From: Octopus bimaculoides
Taxonomy: Eukaryota
Assembly: GCF_001194135.2 (NCBI RefSeq)
Contig: NC_068985.1
Coordinates: 39,869,032-39,933,031, forward strand
DNA: 64,000 nt
Direction of reading: 5' to 3'
Part shown: one piece after another, positions 37,689-49,080 of the stretch
How the letters are laid out: each line of letters begins with the position of its first letter
How positions within the stretch are numbered: position 1 is the first letter of the stretch
The notes under the pieces: model-generated
Database searches by the model: none
What the model saw: the letters and a program-made list of their open reading frames with translations, nothing else
What the model was told of the DNA's origin: nothing
Made by a program: the position numbers and the translations under genes

Positions 37689-37797
37689 TTATTTCTTGGT
37701 GGAAGAGAACAAACGTCCATGTCAACTGACTGATATCAGTATTGGATTATACCAGAAAACAATGGAACCTTTTGGCTTTCTACTTGGTCAAATTCAG
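37689..37797 (+). CDS. ENGASE: ENGASE exon 11
   Basis: (H)YFLVEENKRPCQLTDISIGLYQKTMEPFGFLLGQIQ (compare vertebrate WVQHCYE...RLGEIQ); ttttAG / GTAATA. Confidence 0.85.
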
Positions 37798-37804
37798 GTA
37801 ATAA

Positions 37805-38085
37805 TGGTTTCAAATTTTGCCACAAGGGCAGCAATTTTGGGGGAAGGGGATGATTCACTTTATATCGACCCCAGTGCACAACTAGTACTTATTTAATCGA
37901 CCCCAGTGCATAACTGATACTTATTTAATCGACCTCGGTGTGTAACTGGTACTTATTTAATCAACCTTGAAAGGATGAAAGGCAAAGTTGACCTCAGCAG
38001 AATTTGAACTTCGAACATGAAGAAAGATGAAATGCCACTAAGTATTTTGCCTGGTGTGCTAACGATTCTGCCAGTTCACTGCCTT
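37805..38085 (-). mobile_element. tRNA-derived SINE with internal triplication
   Basis: Same family as 17621; three tandem atcgacc..agtg...tacttatttaatc units. Confidence 0.75.
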
Positions 38086-38236
38086 AAATTCAGGTAATAA
38101 TAATAATAATAATTAATGTAAGTTTTGTTTTTTGTCATTATTACAAGAGTTAAGGCACAATAGCAAAGATCAACATTTCTGCATTCATAATCACTTGAAG
38201 TAAATAGTAAAATACATTACATCGATAACGTTGATA

Positions 38237-38454
38237 CAAGGGTGGGCTGAAAAGTTCCTGGCTTTTGGTTAAAGAAAATACAAGAAGATTGAATAATTTT
38301 AATTTTATTCAACATGTTCCCTTCTCAGATTCACACACTTATTGCAGTGGCCCTTCAGTTTTTCTAAGCCCTGCAAAAGAACTAGGAAGGTTGGATCTCC
38401 AACCAGACCTTTCCCAATACACTTCCATCCAGGAACTTTTGAAGCACCCTCTCG
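38237..38454. mobile_element. Mariner-type MITE
   Basis: Imperfect TIRs: CAAGGGTGGGCTGAAAAGTTCCTGG versus the reverse complement CGAGAGGGTGCTTCAAAAGTTCCTGG; TA on the left flank. Confidence 0.65.
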
Positions 38455-38455
38455 A

Positions 38456-38488
<33 letters not shown>

Positions 38489-38556
38489 ATTACATATACT
38501 CTTTTACTCTTTTACTTGTTTCAGTCATTTGACTGTGGCCATGCTGGAGCACCGCC

Positions 38557-38600
<44 letters not shown>

Positions 38601-39214
38601 TTCAAGGTGAATATGGTACTTAAGTTTAGGCACCAGAATTAAGTATGGTATTATCCATACAATTTCAAAATAAGGTGATTAAAATCAAAATAAGCAACAN
38701 NNNNNNNNNNNNNNNNNNNNNNNNNNNNNNNNNNNNNNNNNNNNNNNNNNNNNNNNNNNNNNNNNNNNNNNNNNNNNNNNNNNNNNNNNNNNNNNNNNNN
38801 NNNNNNNNNNNNNNNNNNNNNNNNNNNNNNNNNNNNNNNNNNNNNNNNNNNNNNNNNNNNNNNNNNNNNNNNNNNNNNNNNNNNNNNNNNNNNNNNNNNN
38901 NNNNNNNNNNNNNNNNNNNNNNNNNNNNNNNNNNNNNNNNNNNNNNNNNNNNNNNNNNNNNNNNNNNNNNNNNNNNNNNNNNNNNNNNNNNNNTTGACTT
39001 AGCCAGACCATACATTCTTCCTTTCTACTTGGAGAGTTTAAATGTAGTTATAAAAATATGTCCTTCTGTTGAAATGTAATTTCTGTAAATTTCTATATCT
39101 TTGTGCAGCTGAGGATTGCTCTGCATTTTAAATTTGATGTAATGTTCACATTGCTTAAATAAATGGAGTAGCATGAAACAATCGTACTTTGGATATCCTT
39201 GTTGCTTATTTTGA

Positions 39215-39255
<41 letters not shown>

Positions 39256-39404
39256 CTAAATATTTGTCCTTCCCTTATAGGGGATGAAGTGGAATTTATT
39301 TCTGACTATTGATTCATCATTTAAATCTTTATTGCTGAAGAATTCTATAAGTTGGTGGTGGCGGTTGAAGTGTTCAATATCAGATTTCAGTTCAATGAAA
39401 CGCA

Positions 39405-39525
39405 AAAGCTCAAATACTGCATTACCTTCCCAAACTGCAAAGAAAATTACATTGGCGAAACAAATAATTCCCTCTGCCAACATGCAAGAATCCGTATATG
39501 CCGGTGCATATAATTGGCATGGAAG
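39405..39525 (+). mobile_element. Penelope-like GIY-YIG endonuclease relic
   Basis: An untracked frame reads KLKYCITFPNCKENYIGETNNSLCQHARIR (compare IY.I.CxxC...YIGET...L..R). Confidence 0.65.
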
Positions 39526-40475
39526 CTATTAGTATGCCTGCTGATACAGAGGCTGTTTTAAATGATACTACGGTTGAAGTGGAGTAAGAAAATAACTGAC
39601 ATGAACATAACATACTTGATAATAGCCTTTAATAAATCTAATTTTTGTACCCCTATTAATTCATACTTAGCTTATATAAGACAATACCGGTATCTCCACA
39701 ACTTAAAATAATTCAATTTAATTAAATTAGTATATAGTTAACATGTTCTTTAACCTCAGTGCTCCCTTATTAAATACCAGTTAAATCCAATTGATCAATC
39801 TCCATAGATACCATCTAATAAGTTAATATTTAGATAAATAATATGTATAAATATTAAATTAATTCTATGCAATTTTCTTTTCCTCCCTTTATTGTGGTAA
39901 AATTTGGTATATACTCAAAAGTATTCAAAGAAGTTTTATCCTTTTGTTATAATACCATTCTTAATAATCTTCTTGACTACCCTAAATTTTAACTTTATAC
40001 AATATGACAATATTGTTTGAAATGATCTTTAGAAGTTACTTGATTTATCCCTTTCTTAAAGTGCTCTACCCTCCTGATATTAGCATTTATAAGGGCTTTT
40101 ATATAAGTAGCCCTTCTAATTAAGTACCCCTAAGAAACTATAAATATCATGTATGGAGTAACAATAACTTCTAAAACCTATAATATAACACTTAGTTTTA
40201 AAAAATTAGTTTAAAACTAGAATGTCCTAGTAGTTGTATGCTGTCAACTTAATGGCACAGTTCCATTTCTAGAATGTCCTATAACATCAATATTCCTTTA
40301 GCTTATACCAGGTATCAGTCTTTACTGATACTAGCTAGATAAGTAAATATATAATTTTTAGTTTAGTATATTTTGAATTATTATACATTTTCAGCCTGCC
40401 TGTCCCTTTTTTGCTTGTTTCTCAGAGCGTATTTATCAATTCCTATCTCACTGCCTACCTTCATTACTATTTCAG

Positions 40476-40790
40476 GTCATTCCTATCAATGAGTCTCAAA
40501 GATATTCTGTCAACATCACTGACTTACAAGCCAAACACATGGTTCATTTTCGGCAGATCATCATAGATTGGAACTGTACTGATTTGTCACTGGTACACTA
40601 CTACAACATTTATATTGCAATTTCAAATAAACAACCGGAACTTGTTGGACAGAGCATCACCTGCAAGCATGTGTACTCACTACAAGAGGAACAGCAGAGT
40701 TGCAATTTAACAGTAACTGTACAACCAGTGATGAGGAATGGCTGGGTGGCACCCATTAACAGTTGTTCTTTTGTGGAAGTTGAAGAGTAA
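40476..40790 (+). CDS. ENGASE: ENGASE exon 12 (terminal, FN3-like)
   Basis: VIPINESQ...IIIDWNC...YYNIY...VTVQPVMRNGWVAP...EVEE*. The 12 exons sum to 1887 nt = 628 aa + stop with no frameshift. Confidence 0.88.
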   Translation, partial: VIPINESQRYSVNITDLQAKHMVHFRQIIIDWNCTDLSLVHYYNIYIAISNKQPELVGQSITCKHVYSLQEEQQSCNLTVTVQPVMRNGWVAPINSCSFVEVEE

Positions 40791-42389
40791 TCTTTCAACT
40801 CCTAATATTTGTTTCTGTTTGTTAAAGCAAAAAGTTATTTTAAATGACTTTTATATCCATATGTTTTTATAGTCTTTCACTTGCTTCAGTCATTGCACTG
40901 CAGCCTTGCATGAGCCTCATACTTATTCTGTTTGTCTCTTTTGCTGAAATGCTAAATTACAGGGATGTAAATAAAACAACACTGGTTGTTAGATAACATG
41001 GACAGAAAGACACAGGTTTCTTCATTGTTTCTCTCCATCAAATTCCTTCACCTGGCATTGGTTGGCCCGGGACTATAGTAGATAATACTTGTCCAAGGAA
41101 TTGTGCAGAGGGACTAAACCTGCATCCACAAGGTTCCAATGTGAGCAGCTCACTATAAACAAATTGCTTAAGGGTCCAAACGTGCCACAAGCATATTGGA
41201 ACTGGCAATAACATTCTTTTTATACATGTCACTGCTTAGCGCTCCCACTCCATAATTTGTTTACAGTGAGCTGCCGATTGATGCTATCAGTCATTGTATG
41301 ATGACTAGGATAGAATGAGAGGGATAATCTCTCTTGTCAATTCACTGTTTGGTTTCTATGACTGAAGAGGAGATAACCACTCTAAAAATGCTAGCATCTC
41401 ACAGTCTGGGTAGGTGGCACTGCAAGCTGATTTAAGTGTATTTACACCATTTGACTACAGTGAGAAATTTTCTCCACGACAGAACAGTGAATAGCAAGTT
41501 TACAGGTTTGAACATGCCACAAGCATATTTGAACTGGTAATAACATTGCATTTATACACATCACTGTTTATCGCTCGCATTCCATAATTTCTTTTATTAC
41601 AGTATATGATCTGTCTACTCTCCCACAAGTATATAAAAAGAAATGTGAAGAGAACCTCTGCACTGTTGTTTGACTTTTGGATAAACAAAAATAACATCAT
41701 GAAGCAACTAGAAAGCTTTTGTAGCTACTCCAGCTACTAGAAATAACTACCATATTTCCTTCAAATTATCTTATTGTCTGAAAATAGTGGAACACAAAGA
41801 GAAATTGCACAATGTTTTCCTTGATACACTGTACTTGAACATCTTTGATCACAGAATTTGCAGACCAAGGCAAATCTGAAACTAAAGCATATTTTCATAT
41901 ATCTGACTGGCATCCATGCCAATGGCATGCAAAAAGCACTATTTCAGCGTGGCCAATGCAAGTGCCGCCTGACTGTCACCCATATTGGTGGCACATAAAA
42001 ATCACCATTCGAACGTAACCGAGTTCAACTTTGCCTTTCATCCTTTCAAAGTCAATAAAATAAGTACCAGTTGAGCACTGGGGTTGATGTAATCGACTTA
42101 CCTCCTTCCCCATAATTCCTAGCCATGTGCCAAAATTTGAAACCAATATTGACAATGACAAGCCCTTTAATGCCTTAGAGTTCATCTTGCAATCAGTTTT
42201 CACCACTTTGTTCCATATCATCTTAATTTTCCATCTTCCACATGTTCCATCCACCTTGATACTTCATCTATGTCATCTTATATATAAAACCACATTGCTG
42301 TCTCAAAACAGTCTTTTGCACATTACATTTGATTCCTGTGAGTTCATTTCTACTCCATCATTCATGCACATTTAACATTACATATCATT

Positions 42390-43616
42390 TCACTACCCGG
42401 TGCAAGCTATGGACACATAAGAGGTGCAGCAACATCAAAGGCAGGTTAACTAGCAAGTTAGTTTTTGTTTGTGGCAGATGTTCAGGTGCAATAAAGACTG
42501 CAAACAAACAGGAAACAACTTCTATCTCATTCCAGGGTGAAAAACTAGAGGTAGTCGATAGCTTCCGCTATCTGGGCGACCAAGTTAGTAGTGGGGGTGG
42601 GTGCGCTGAAAGTGTAGCTGCTAGAATAAGAATAGCCTGGGCAAAGTTTAGAGAGCTCTTACCCCTGCTGGCGACAAAGGGACTCTCACTCAGAGTAAAA
42701 GGCAGACTGTATGACGCATGCGTACGAACNNNNNNNNNNNNNNNNNNNNNNNNNNNNNNNNNNNNNNNNNNNNNNNNNNNNNNNNNNNNNNNNNNNNNNN
42801 NNNNNNNNNNNNNNNNNNNNNNNNNNNNNNNNNNNNNNNNNNNNNNNNNNNNNNNNNNNNNNNNNNNNNNNNNNNNNNNNNNNNNNNNNNNNNNNNNNNN
42901 NNNNNNNNNNNNNNNNNNNNNNNNNNNNNNNNNNNNNNNNNNNNNNNNNNNNNNNNNNNNNNNNNNNNNNNNNNNNNNNNNNNNNNNNNNNNNNNNNNNN
43001 NNNNNNNNNNNNNNNNNNNNNNNNNNNNNNNNNNNNNNNNNNNNNNNNNNNNNNNNNNNNNNNNNNNNNNNNNNNNNNNNNNNNNNNNNNNNNNNNNNNN
43101 NNNNNNNNNNNNNNNNNNNNNNNNNNNNNNNNNNNNNNNNNNNNNNNNNNNNNNNNNNNNNNNNNNNNNNNNNNNNNNNNNNNNNNNNNNNNNNNNNNNN
43201 NNNNNNNNNNNNNNNNNNNNNNNNNNNNNNNNNNNNNNNNNNNNNNNNNNNNNNNNNNNNNNNNNNNNNNNNNNNNNNNNNNNNNNNNNNNNNNNNNNNN
43301 NNNNNNNNNNNNNNNNNNNNNNNNNNNNNNNNNNNNNNNNNNNNNNNNNNNNNNNNNNNNNNNNNNNNNNNNNNNNNNNNNNNNNNATAAAAGACACCAT
43401 TTCGAGCGTGGCCGTTTTCGTGCGGGTGACACGTAAAAGCACCCACTACACTCTCTGAGTGGTTGGCGTTAGGAAGGGCATCCAGCTGTAGAAACTCTGC
43501 CAAATCAGACTGGAGCCTGGTGTTGCCATCCGGTTTCACCAGTCCTCAGTCAAATCGTCCAACCCATGCTAGCATGGAAAGCGGACGTTAAACGATGATG
43601 ATGATGATGATGATGA
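42390..43616 (+). mobile_element. RTE LINE 3' portion, young copy spanning a gap
   Basis: Open frame CKLWTHKRCS...FVCGRC...LEVVDSFRYLGDQ...AWAKFRELLPLL...LYDACVR, then the gap, then an intact tail with (GAT)n. Confidence 0.9.
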
Positions 43617-43795
43617 CAGCAAAACATGCTAGCTGCATTTCTTTCTAGTCTTAACAACATTATAAATGTTGTTTGTTCATTTAACATCCACTTTTCCACT
43701 TTAGCATCGCTAAGTCATAAACAAATAACTGGAAGTTATTTATATTTTATATTTTATCCAAGACAGATGCAGTTTTATATTACAACTTTGTTTTG

Positions 43796-44030
43796 AAGGC
43801 AGCAAGCTGGCAGAACTTTAGCATGCCAGGCAAAGTACTTAGCAGCATTTCTTTCAACTTTATGTTTTAAGTTCAAATGCCACTGGAGTTGACTTTGCCT
43901 TTCATCCTTTCAGGGTTGATAAAATAAATACCAGTTGAGCACTGGGGTCAAAGTAATTGACTTGCCACCAAAATTGCTTACCCTCTCCCTGAAATTGCTG
44001 ACCTTGTGCCAAAATCTCAAACCAATATCA
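43796..44030 (+). mobile_element. tRNA-derived SINE
   Basis: Same family as 17621-17834; other copies at 42020-42150, 47570-47760 (-), 49225-49460 and 49565-49750. Confidence 0.75.
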
Positions 44031-44530
44031 ACACTGTTTATGAATAATCCCAGGTGATTTGGATGAGTCATTTTACAGACATAATGCTCAAGTTTCTTTA
44101 CCCTTCAAAAACATTAAGAAAAACAGGAAAAAAAAATTTGAAATAGATAGAAAGTCTAAGAATTGAGGTGTTGGTATTACATTTATTCCTTCATTATAAA
44201 CATTTCAAAGCTATGTGGTTTAGACAAATTATAAATATAAATAATGAATTCATAGTATTACAACATATTACATGTGATCCATACTCATTTTGTCATACAT
44301 TTCTGTGTACTCTTTGATACAGTATTTACAGAAGTGCTGAGATAATTGCTTAAATTTCTGAATTCCCATTAATCTGATTTATATATATATACATATATAT
44401 ATATACATACACACATTCATATACATACATATATCATAGTTTCAGTTGTAGCCTTGTTGTTATCATCACTGTTGAATCTACTTGCAAACAAAATGAATAT
44501 GAATGGAACCAAAGTAATCTTCCACCGTAT

Positions 44531-45810
44531 TTACAATTTTAGGTTGATAGTTGACATATAAAACCCATCCTCTTGGCGGATTTTGTCTGTGGAACACAAA
44601 TATAAGTTGTCAACAACCTGCTCACCAAAATCACAGTTCATATATTGTTCATAGATGGAAGGATCAATCTGATTTGATTCAGTCAGCTTGCTAACTTGAC
44701 GAGTGAGTTTCATTATAGTCATATGGGGTACAAAATTCTTGTTTATGTCCGTCAACAATTTCTCTTCATAAAAGTAACATTTGAGTTTCTGAACAAGGTC
44801 TGTGAGTTCTTCTGGGATTTTGATGCAACCATAGACAACACGGTGGGAAAAATGGTAAATGTTTCTAATTCTAATTGGATTGCAGTCAGCAACTGTTTTA
44901 GAAAATTCCTCTTGTAGATTTTTTAACAAATTTGTAGCATCAGCAATTTGATGGGTGTGGTCAAGACGCAACATGCATAGTGTTAGATGCAGACAGACAG
45001 GTGGGATGAAACAGTCAAAGTAGGTTGGTTTACTCTTTAAGATATCTTCTTGCATCCATGCAACGGTTTTCAAGATTTCTTCATTAGTTATTCTCAATGC
45101 CACAAAAAAATTGGGCTGTGTAATTTTTGCACAGAATTCATCATCACAGAAAAAGTTGGGGTCACTTGGCATTTCATATCGAGAATCTGATTCAAAGACC
45201 AAATTTTCTTCCATATCATGTTTCAGTTGTTCTTCATAATTAGATACTATATCTGTTATTGTCATTTTACTTCCTGTTGAGCCAAAAACCAAATCAAGAC
45301 GCTGAACTTTATCCCAAACTTTTATTGTCTTGTATTTAAAATAGAATATTCTGTGTTTTGGAATGGCCAATGTATAATAATCAACTGATGAAATATCTTC
45401 CCAAGAAAAACTGTCAAAAGATTTCTCAATAATTCCCACAAAACGATCCATATAAGCAACAATAAAATCTTCAGATTTTAAGTTCTCATCCCATAGAATT
45501 CTAGAAATTACATCAGAAGCTGTTTTCATTGCTGGCTTCTTATCAATAATTTTATCTTCTTCATTTTTTAAACTTCGTTTTTTCTTTGAATGTTTTGCAG
45601 TTGGTTTACCTTTTTCTTTGACAGGCTCTGTTATATCATTTTGATTCTCTGTCACCCACTGAAGACAGGCACCAATCAAGTTCTGTATCATAGGGTTACC
45701 AACAAATTCCTCAGACTTTTCCATTAAATATTTTGATAGTTGTGAATTTTGAACATTTGTAAGAATGTTTGATGTTGGAATTATTGCAGGTACGACATCA
45801 GGATATTGCT
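44531..45810 (-). CDS. LENG9: LENG9-like RWD-MJ1316-2H protein, coding exon 2 (RWD C-half, MJ1316/DUF504, AKAP7-like 2H phosphoesterase)
   Basis: gttttatttgcAG acceptor gives KQYPDVVP...EEFVGNPMIQNL (RWD). MKTASDVISRILWD...Y.DRF.G...IPKHRIFYFKY...WDK..RLD..FGS is MJ1316. QPNFFVALRITN...HLTL...PHMT is a 2H domain. The ORF is intact; the symbol is by homology (LENG9-like). Confidence 0.88.
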
Positions 45811-46299
45811 CTGCAAATAAAACAGAAAACTCTTTAAAAAAGATAACAGAGTGATATTGAATAGAAGTATCGGACATGTCTTGTGGGATTACTGAAATAG
45901 CAACTAATCACTTTCTATTTATTCTCTTTCATTGAAGGGTATGTAGTATTGAGGCAGGTGGCTTATCCCAAGTGTTGAGTGGCAAGAGTATGACAGAGCG
46001 AGAGGAACAAGTGTCCTGCTGTAGAGGATATATATATATATGAGCATAGGAATATTGTAAATGAAAATGATTGAAGGTTGTCCAGGTAATAAACAAGCAA
46101 ACAAAATAGAGTGAAAAAACCCCAGAAAAGTAAAATTCAAATAGAGGACTAAGACAATGTAATAAGTTGTGTAGGAAAAGTAAATGGCCCTTCATCAAGG
46201 TTGAAGGAAGAAGAAAGAGAAAAAATATGGAGGATAAAAAAAAAGGCAAAAGGCAAGGTTCAAATAATATGAAAAGAGTAACAAACAATACAAATATCA

Positions 46300-46900
46300 T
46301 CACCATCATCATTTAGTGCTTGTATTCCATGCTAGCAAAGGTGTGGTTTGACAGGATTGCACAAGTCAGAGGACTGCATCAAGCTCCAGTGTCAGTTTTA
46401 AGTATGGTTTCTGCAGTTGGATGACTATTCTAATGCCAGTCACATTACAAAGTGTACTGGGTGCTTCTTCAGGTCACCAGTAATAATGAGGTTGGCAAGT
46501 AGCTCAAGACAAGACTCTTTCATCGAGGGGTATGTAGTACTGAGGCAGGTGGCTTATCCCAGGTGTTGAGTGGCAAGAGTATGATAGAAGGATAGGAACA
46601 GATGTCTTGCTGTAGAGGAGATATATGACTGTCCCAGCTGGAGAAGGAGAGAAGATGATGGCGATGGGATGTCAGGACATACCCTCAAGGTACATGAAGG
46701 TGAATGTAATGAGGATGGAGACAGAGGAACTGGTGAGGAGATATAGACAGAGAATCAGGTAAGTTCACGAGAGTGTGAGGTGAGCTATAGATGCTTATAG
46801 GTAGGTATATAGCTGATGGAATGAACAGAAACAGGGAAAGGAGCATGGTCAGTGGTGAATATTAGTTCTAGGGGAAGGAAATAGGAGGGGGACACCAAAA
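46300..46900 (-). mobile_element. RTE-tail-type repeat in the LENG9-like intron
   Basis: (CAT)n plus reverse-complement tail; 46525-46620 is duplicated at 45937-46030. Confidence 0.6.
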
Positions 46901-47045
46901 ACAAATGTTACAGCAAGAAAGAGTCGTTTATTTACTGTTAAAGATAAATATATATTTACAAAAATACATTAATGAAACTATAAGACATTTGACAAAAATA
47001 CACTCATTACAGACTTTTTTTGCATAAATTTTCTGTTATCCTTAC

Positions 47046-47217
47046 TTGTTAATTGAAATTTCAGTGACAAATTCTTTATTTGGAGCTGGATAGTAATAAT
47101 GTATGCAAAGTCTCCAACAGATTCTATTATTTTGCACTTTGATTCATGATGTTTCTTTAACTGAGAAATTTCTTCAGCCACACAGCCAAGAACTGCACCG
47201 GTTTGATCATCTGCCAT
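47046..47217 (-). CDS. LENG9-like RWD-MJ1316-2H protein, coding exon 1 (N-half of RWD)
   Basis: catccATGg start at 47217, 8 nt after a ttttcaaAG acceptor; MADDQTGAVLGCVAEEISQLKKHH...LSLKFQLT; A|GTAAGG donor at 47045, phase 1. Confidence 0.85.
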
Positions 47218-48163
47218 GGATGTCACTTTGAAAAGACAAGAGGAGCAAAAAAAAAAAATATCATAATAAAGAAGAAGTAAAAAGTAGATATTCTTTATCA
47301 GCTTTGATAAAGAATTTGGTCACAAACATATACACACACATGCATACATTCACACAAACACACATATGTACACAAACAGGGCAGTGAAAATATATAAAAA
47401 TTTTCAAGAATTTAGAATGTGATTTTACACTTTTGTTGAAATCTAAATGTCAATGTTGGAACTTTGCTTCACTGTTAAAAGCTAATTCCCCCTTTGGAGG
47501 AAGAACTGATAGTTCAAGGAACATATGCAGCAAAGAGTCTGCTTCATTGATGAGGTAATAATGGCTTCAAATTTTGGTACAAGACCAGTTGATTCGTGGG
47601 AGGGGATAAGTTGATTTCAGTGACCATAGTGTTGAACTGGTACTTATTTTATCAACCTCAAACAGATGAAAGGCAAAGTTGAACTCAGAATGTAAAGATG
47701 GATGAAATACTGCTAAGTGATTTACCTGGTGTGCTAATGATTCTGCCAGCTCATCCACTTTACTGATGAGGTAATAACAAAACCAAAACCTATCTAGAAA
47801 GGTTTTCATCCTTGCTAAAATAATATATTATCATCATTGTCTTAACGTCCACTTTTCTATACTTGCATGGGTTGGATGGAGTTTACTGAGGAAGATTTTC
47901 TGTGGCTGGATGCCCTTCATATCATTTAACTCATACCAAGACAAGACATGGCAACTCAAACACACACACATCTACCTATCTATCTAACTATCTATCTATC
48001 TATCATGAGAGGCTTTTAGTTTGTCTACCAAACCCACTCACATGGTTCCGATTGGCCCAGGTCTATAACAGAAGACACTTGCCCAAGAAGCCATACACTG
48101 GAACTGAGCCTAAAACCATGTGGTTGAGAACCAAGCTAATTCACCACACAGCCACTCCTGCAC

Positions 48164-49080
48164 ACAGGTGGGTGGGGCAAAATGAGGTGTTTTTACTGTA
48201 TTTTTGACTTCGAGACAAAATGTAATTTTTACAAATGTTCACTACCTTACAAAAATTATATTAGCTAAGCAAATGGCCTTCCCTAAATGCATTTAAACAT
48301 CATCTGATCATTATTTCAGCAAATTATTGCTGTTCTCTGTGGGCATACAAAAAACAAATTTGGTTGGGAAAAAATAAGTAGGACAAGACAGTGTAAATTT
48401 GCCGCTTCAGAAAACAGACTCATAGACATCAATATCCATCCTTAGACATCAGAAAGATCAGTGATCAAAAAAATAATTTAGATATCTAGGTGAAATAAAA
48501 GATCAAGGAAAAATTAACGAAACTCGATTAAATAAATAAATAAATATATATATATATATANNNNNNNNNNNNNNNNNNNNNNNNNNNNNNNNNNNNNNNN
48601 NNNNTATATATTCTCTATAGCTTCTTCACCACCTGCTCTTCGTGATATATTTACACACTATACAGTTAAACAGAAGAAATTATTGTAATTAGTTATTACT
48701 CATTTTACCCCATTCTAGACATCAATTTTTTGAAACTTGAAAATTATCAAATTAGACATTAGTGTGGGAAAAATTTGACTTGGAATCCAACAGAGAAAAG
48801 AATATTGACTGTTAAACACCAAAAAATTATCCAGATAACTTATTAGCAACCTCAATTACAATCAGGTTCAAAGTTGAGGAAAAGTTTCTTGAAAATAGAG
48901 AACCTGTCACCTGACTATATTTCAGACTCCCTCGACAACAACTACGCTGACCAGTTTTTACTCCTAAATATTATGTAGCAATACAAAACGATGATGCAAT
49001 ACTTGAAATGTAATGATTTCAAACAGGCAGGGAGTAAATAACAAGGAATCAGGTTACAAATTTTGCCCCACTCTCCTATG
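48164..49080. mobile_element. Non-autonomous TIR DNA transposon (pogo/Tc1-like, tentative)
   Basis: Left ACAGGTGGGTGGGGCAAAATG versus right reverse complement CATAGGAGAGTGGGGCAAAATT; partial second copy at 5820-6180. Confidence 0.6.

Noticed and set aside
39281-39532. Plus-strand ORF after ttatAG as an extra ENGASE exon
   Set aside because: Exons 11 and 12 already join in phase with continuous homology; the segment encodes a GIY-YIG relic in another frame.
39700-40400. Possible minus-strand L2/CR1 RT remnant (FLGVL-like)
   Set aside because: Too degraded to support from motifs alone.
45811-45877. Using the ORF-track ATG at 45877, or the upstream AG near 45833, as the start of the LENG9-like exon 2
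   Set aside because: The acceptor at 45811 has a better pyrimidine tract and restores the RWD LTKQYP motif in phase with the 47046 donor.
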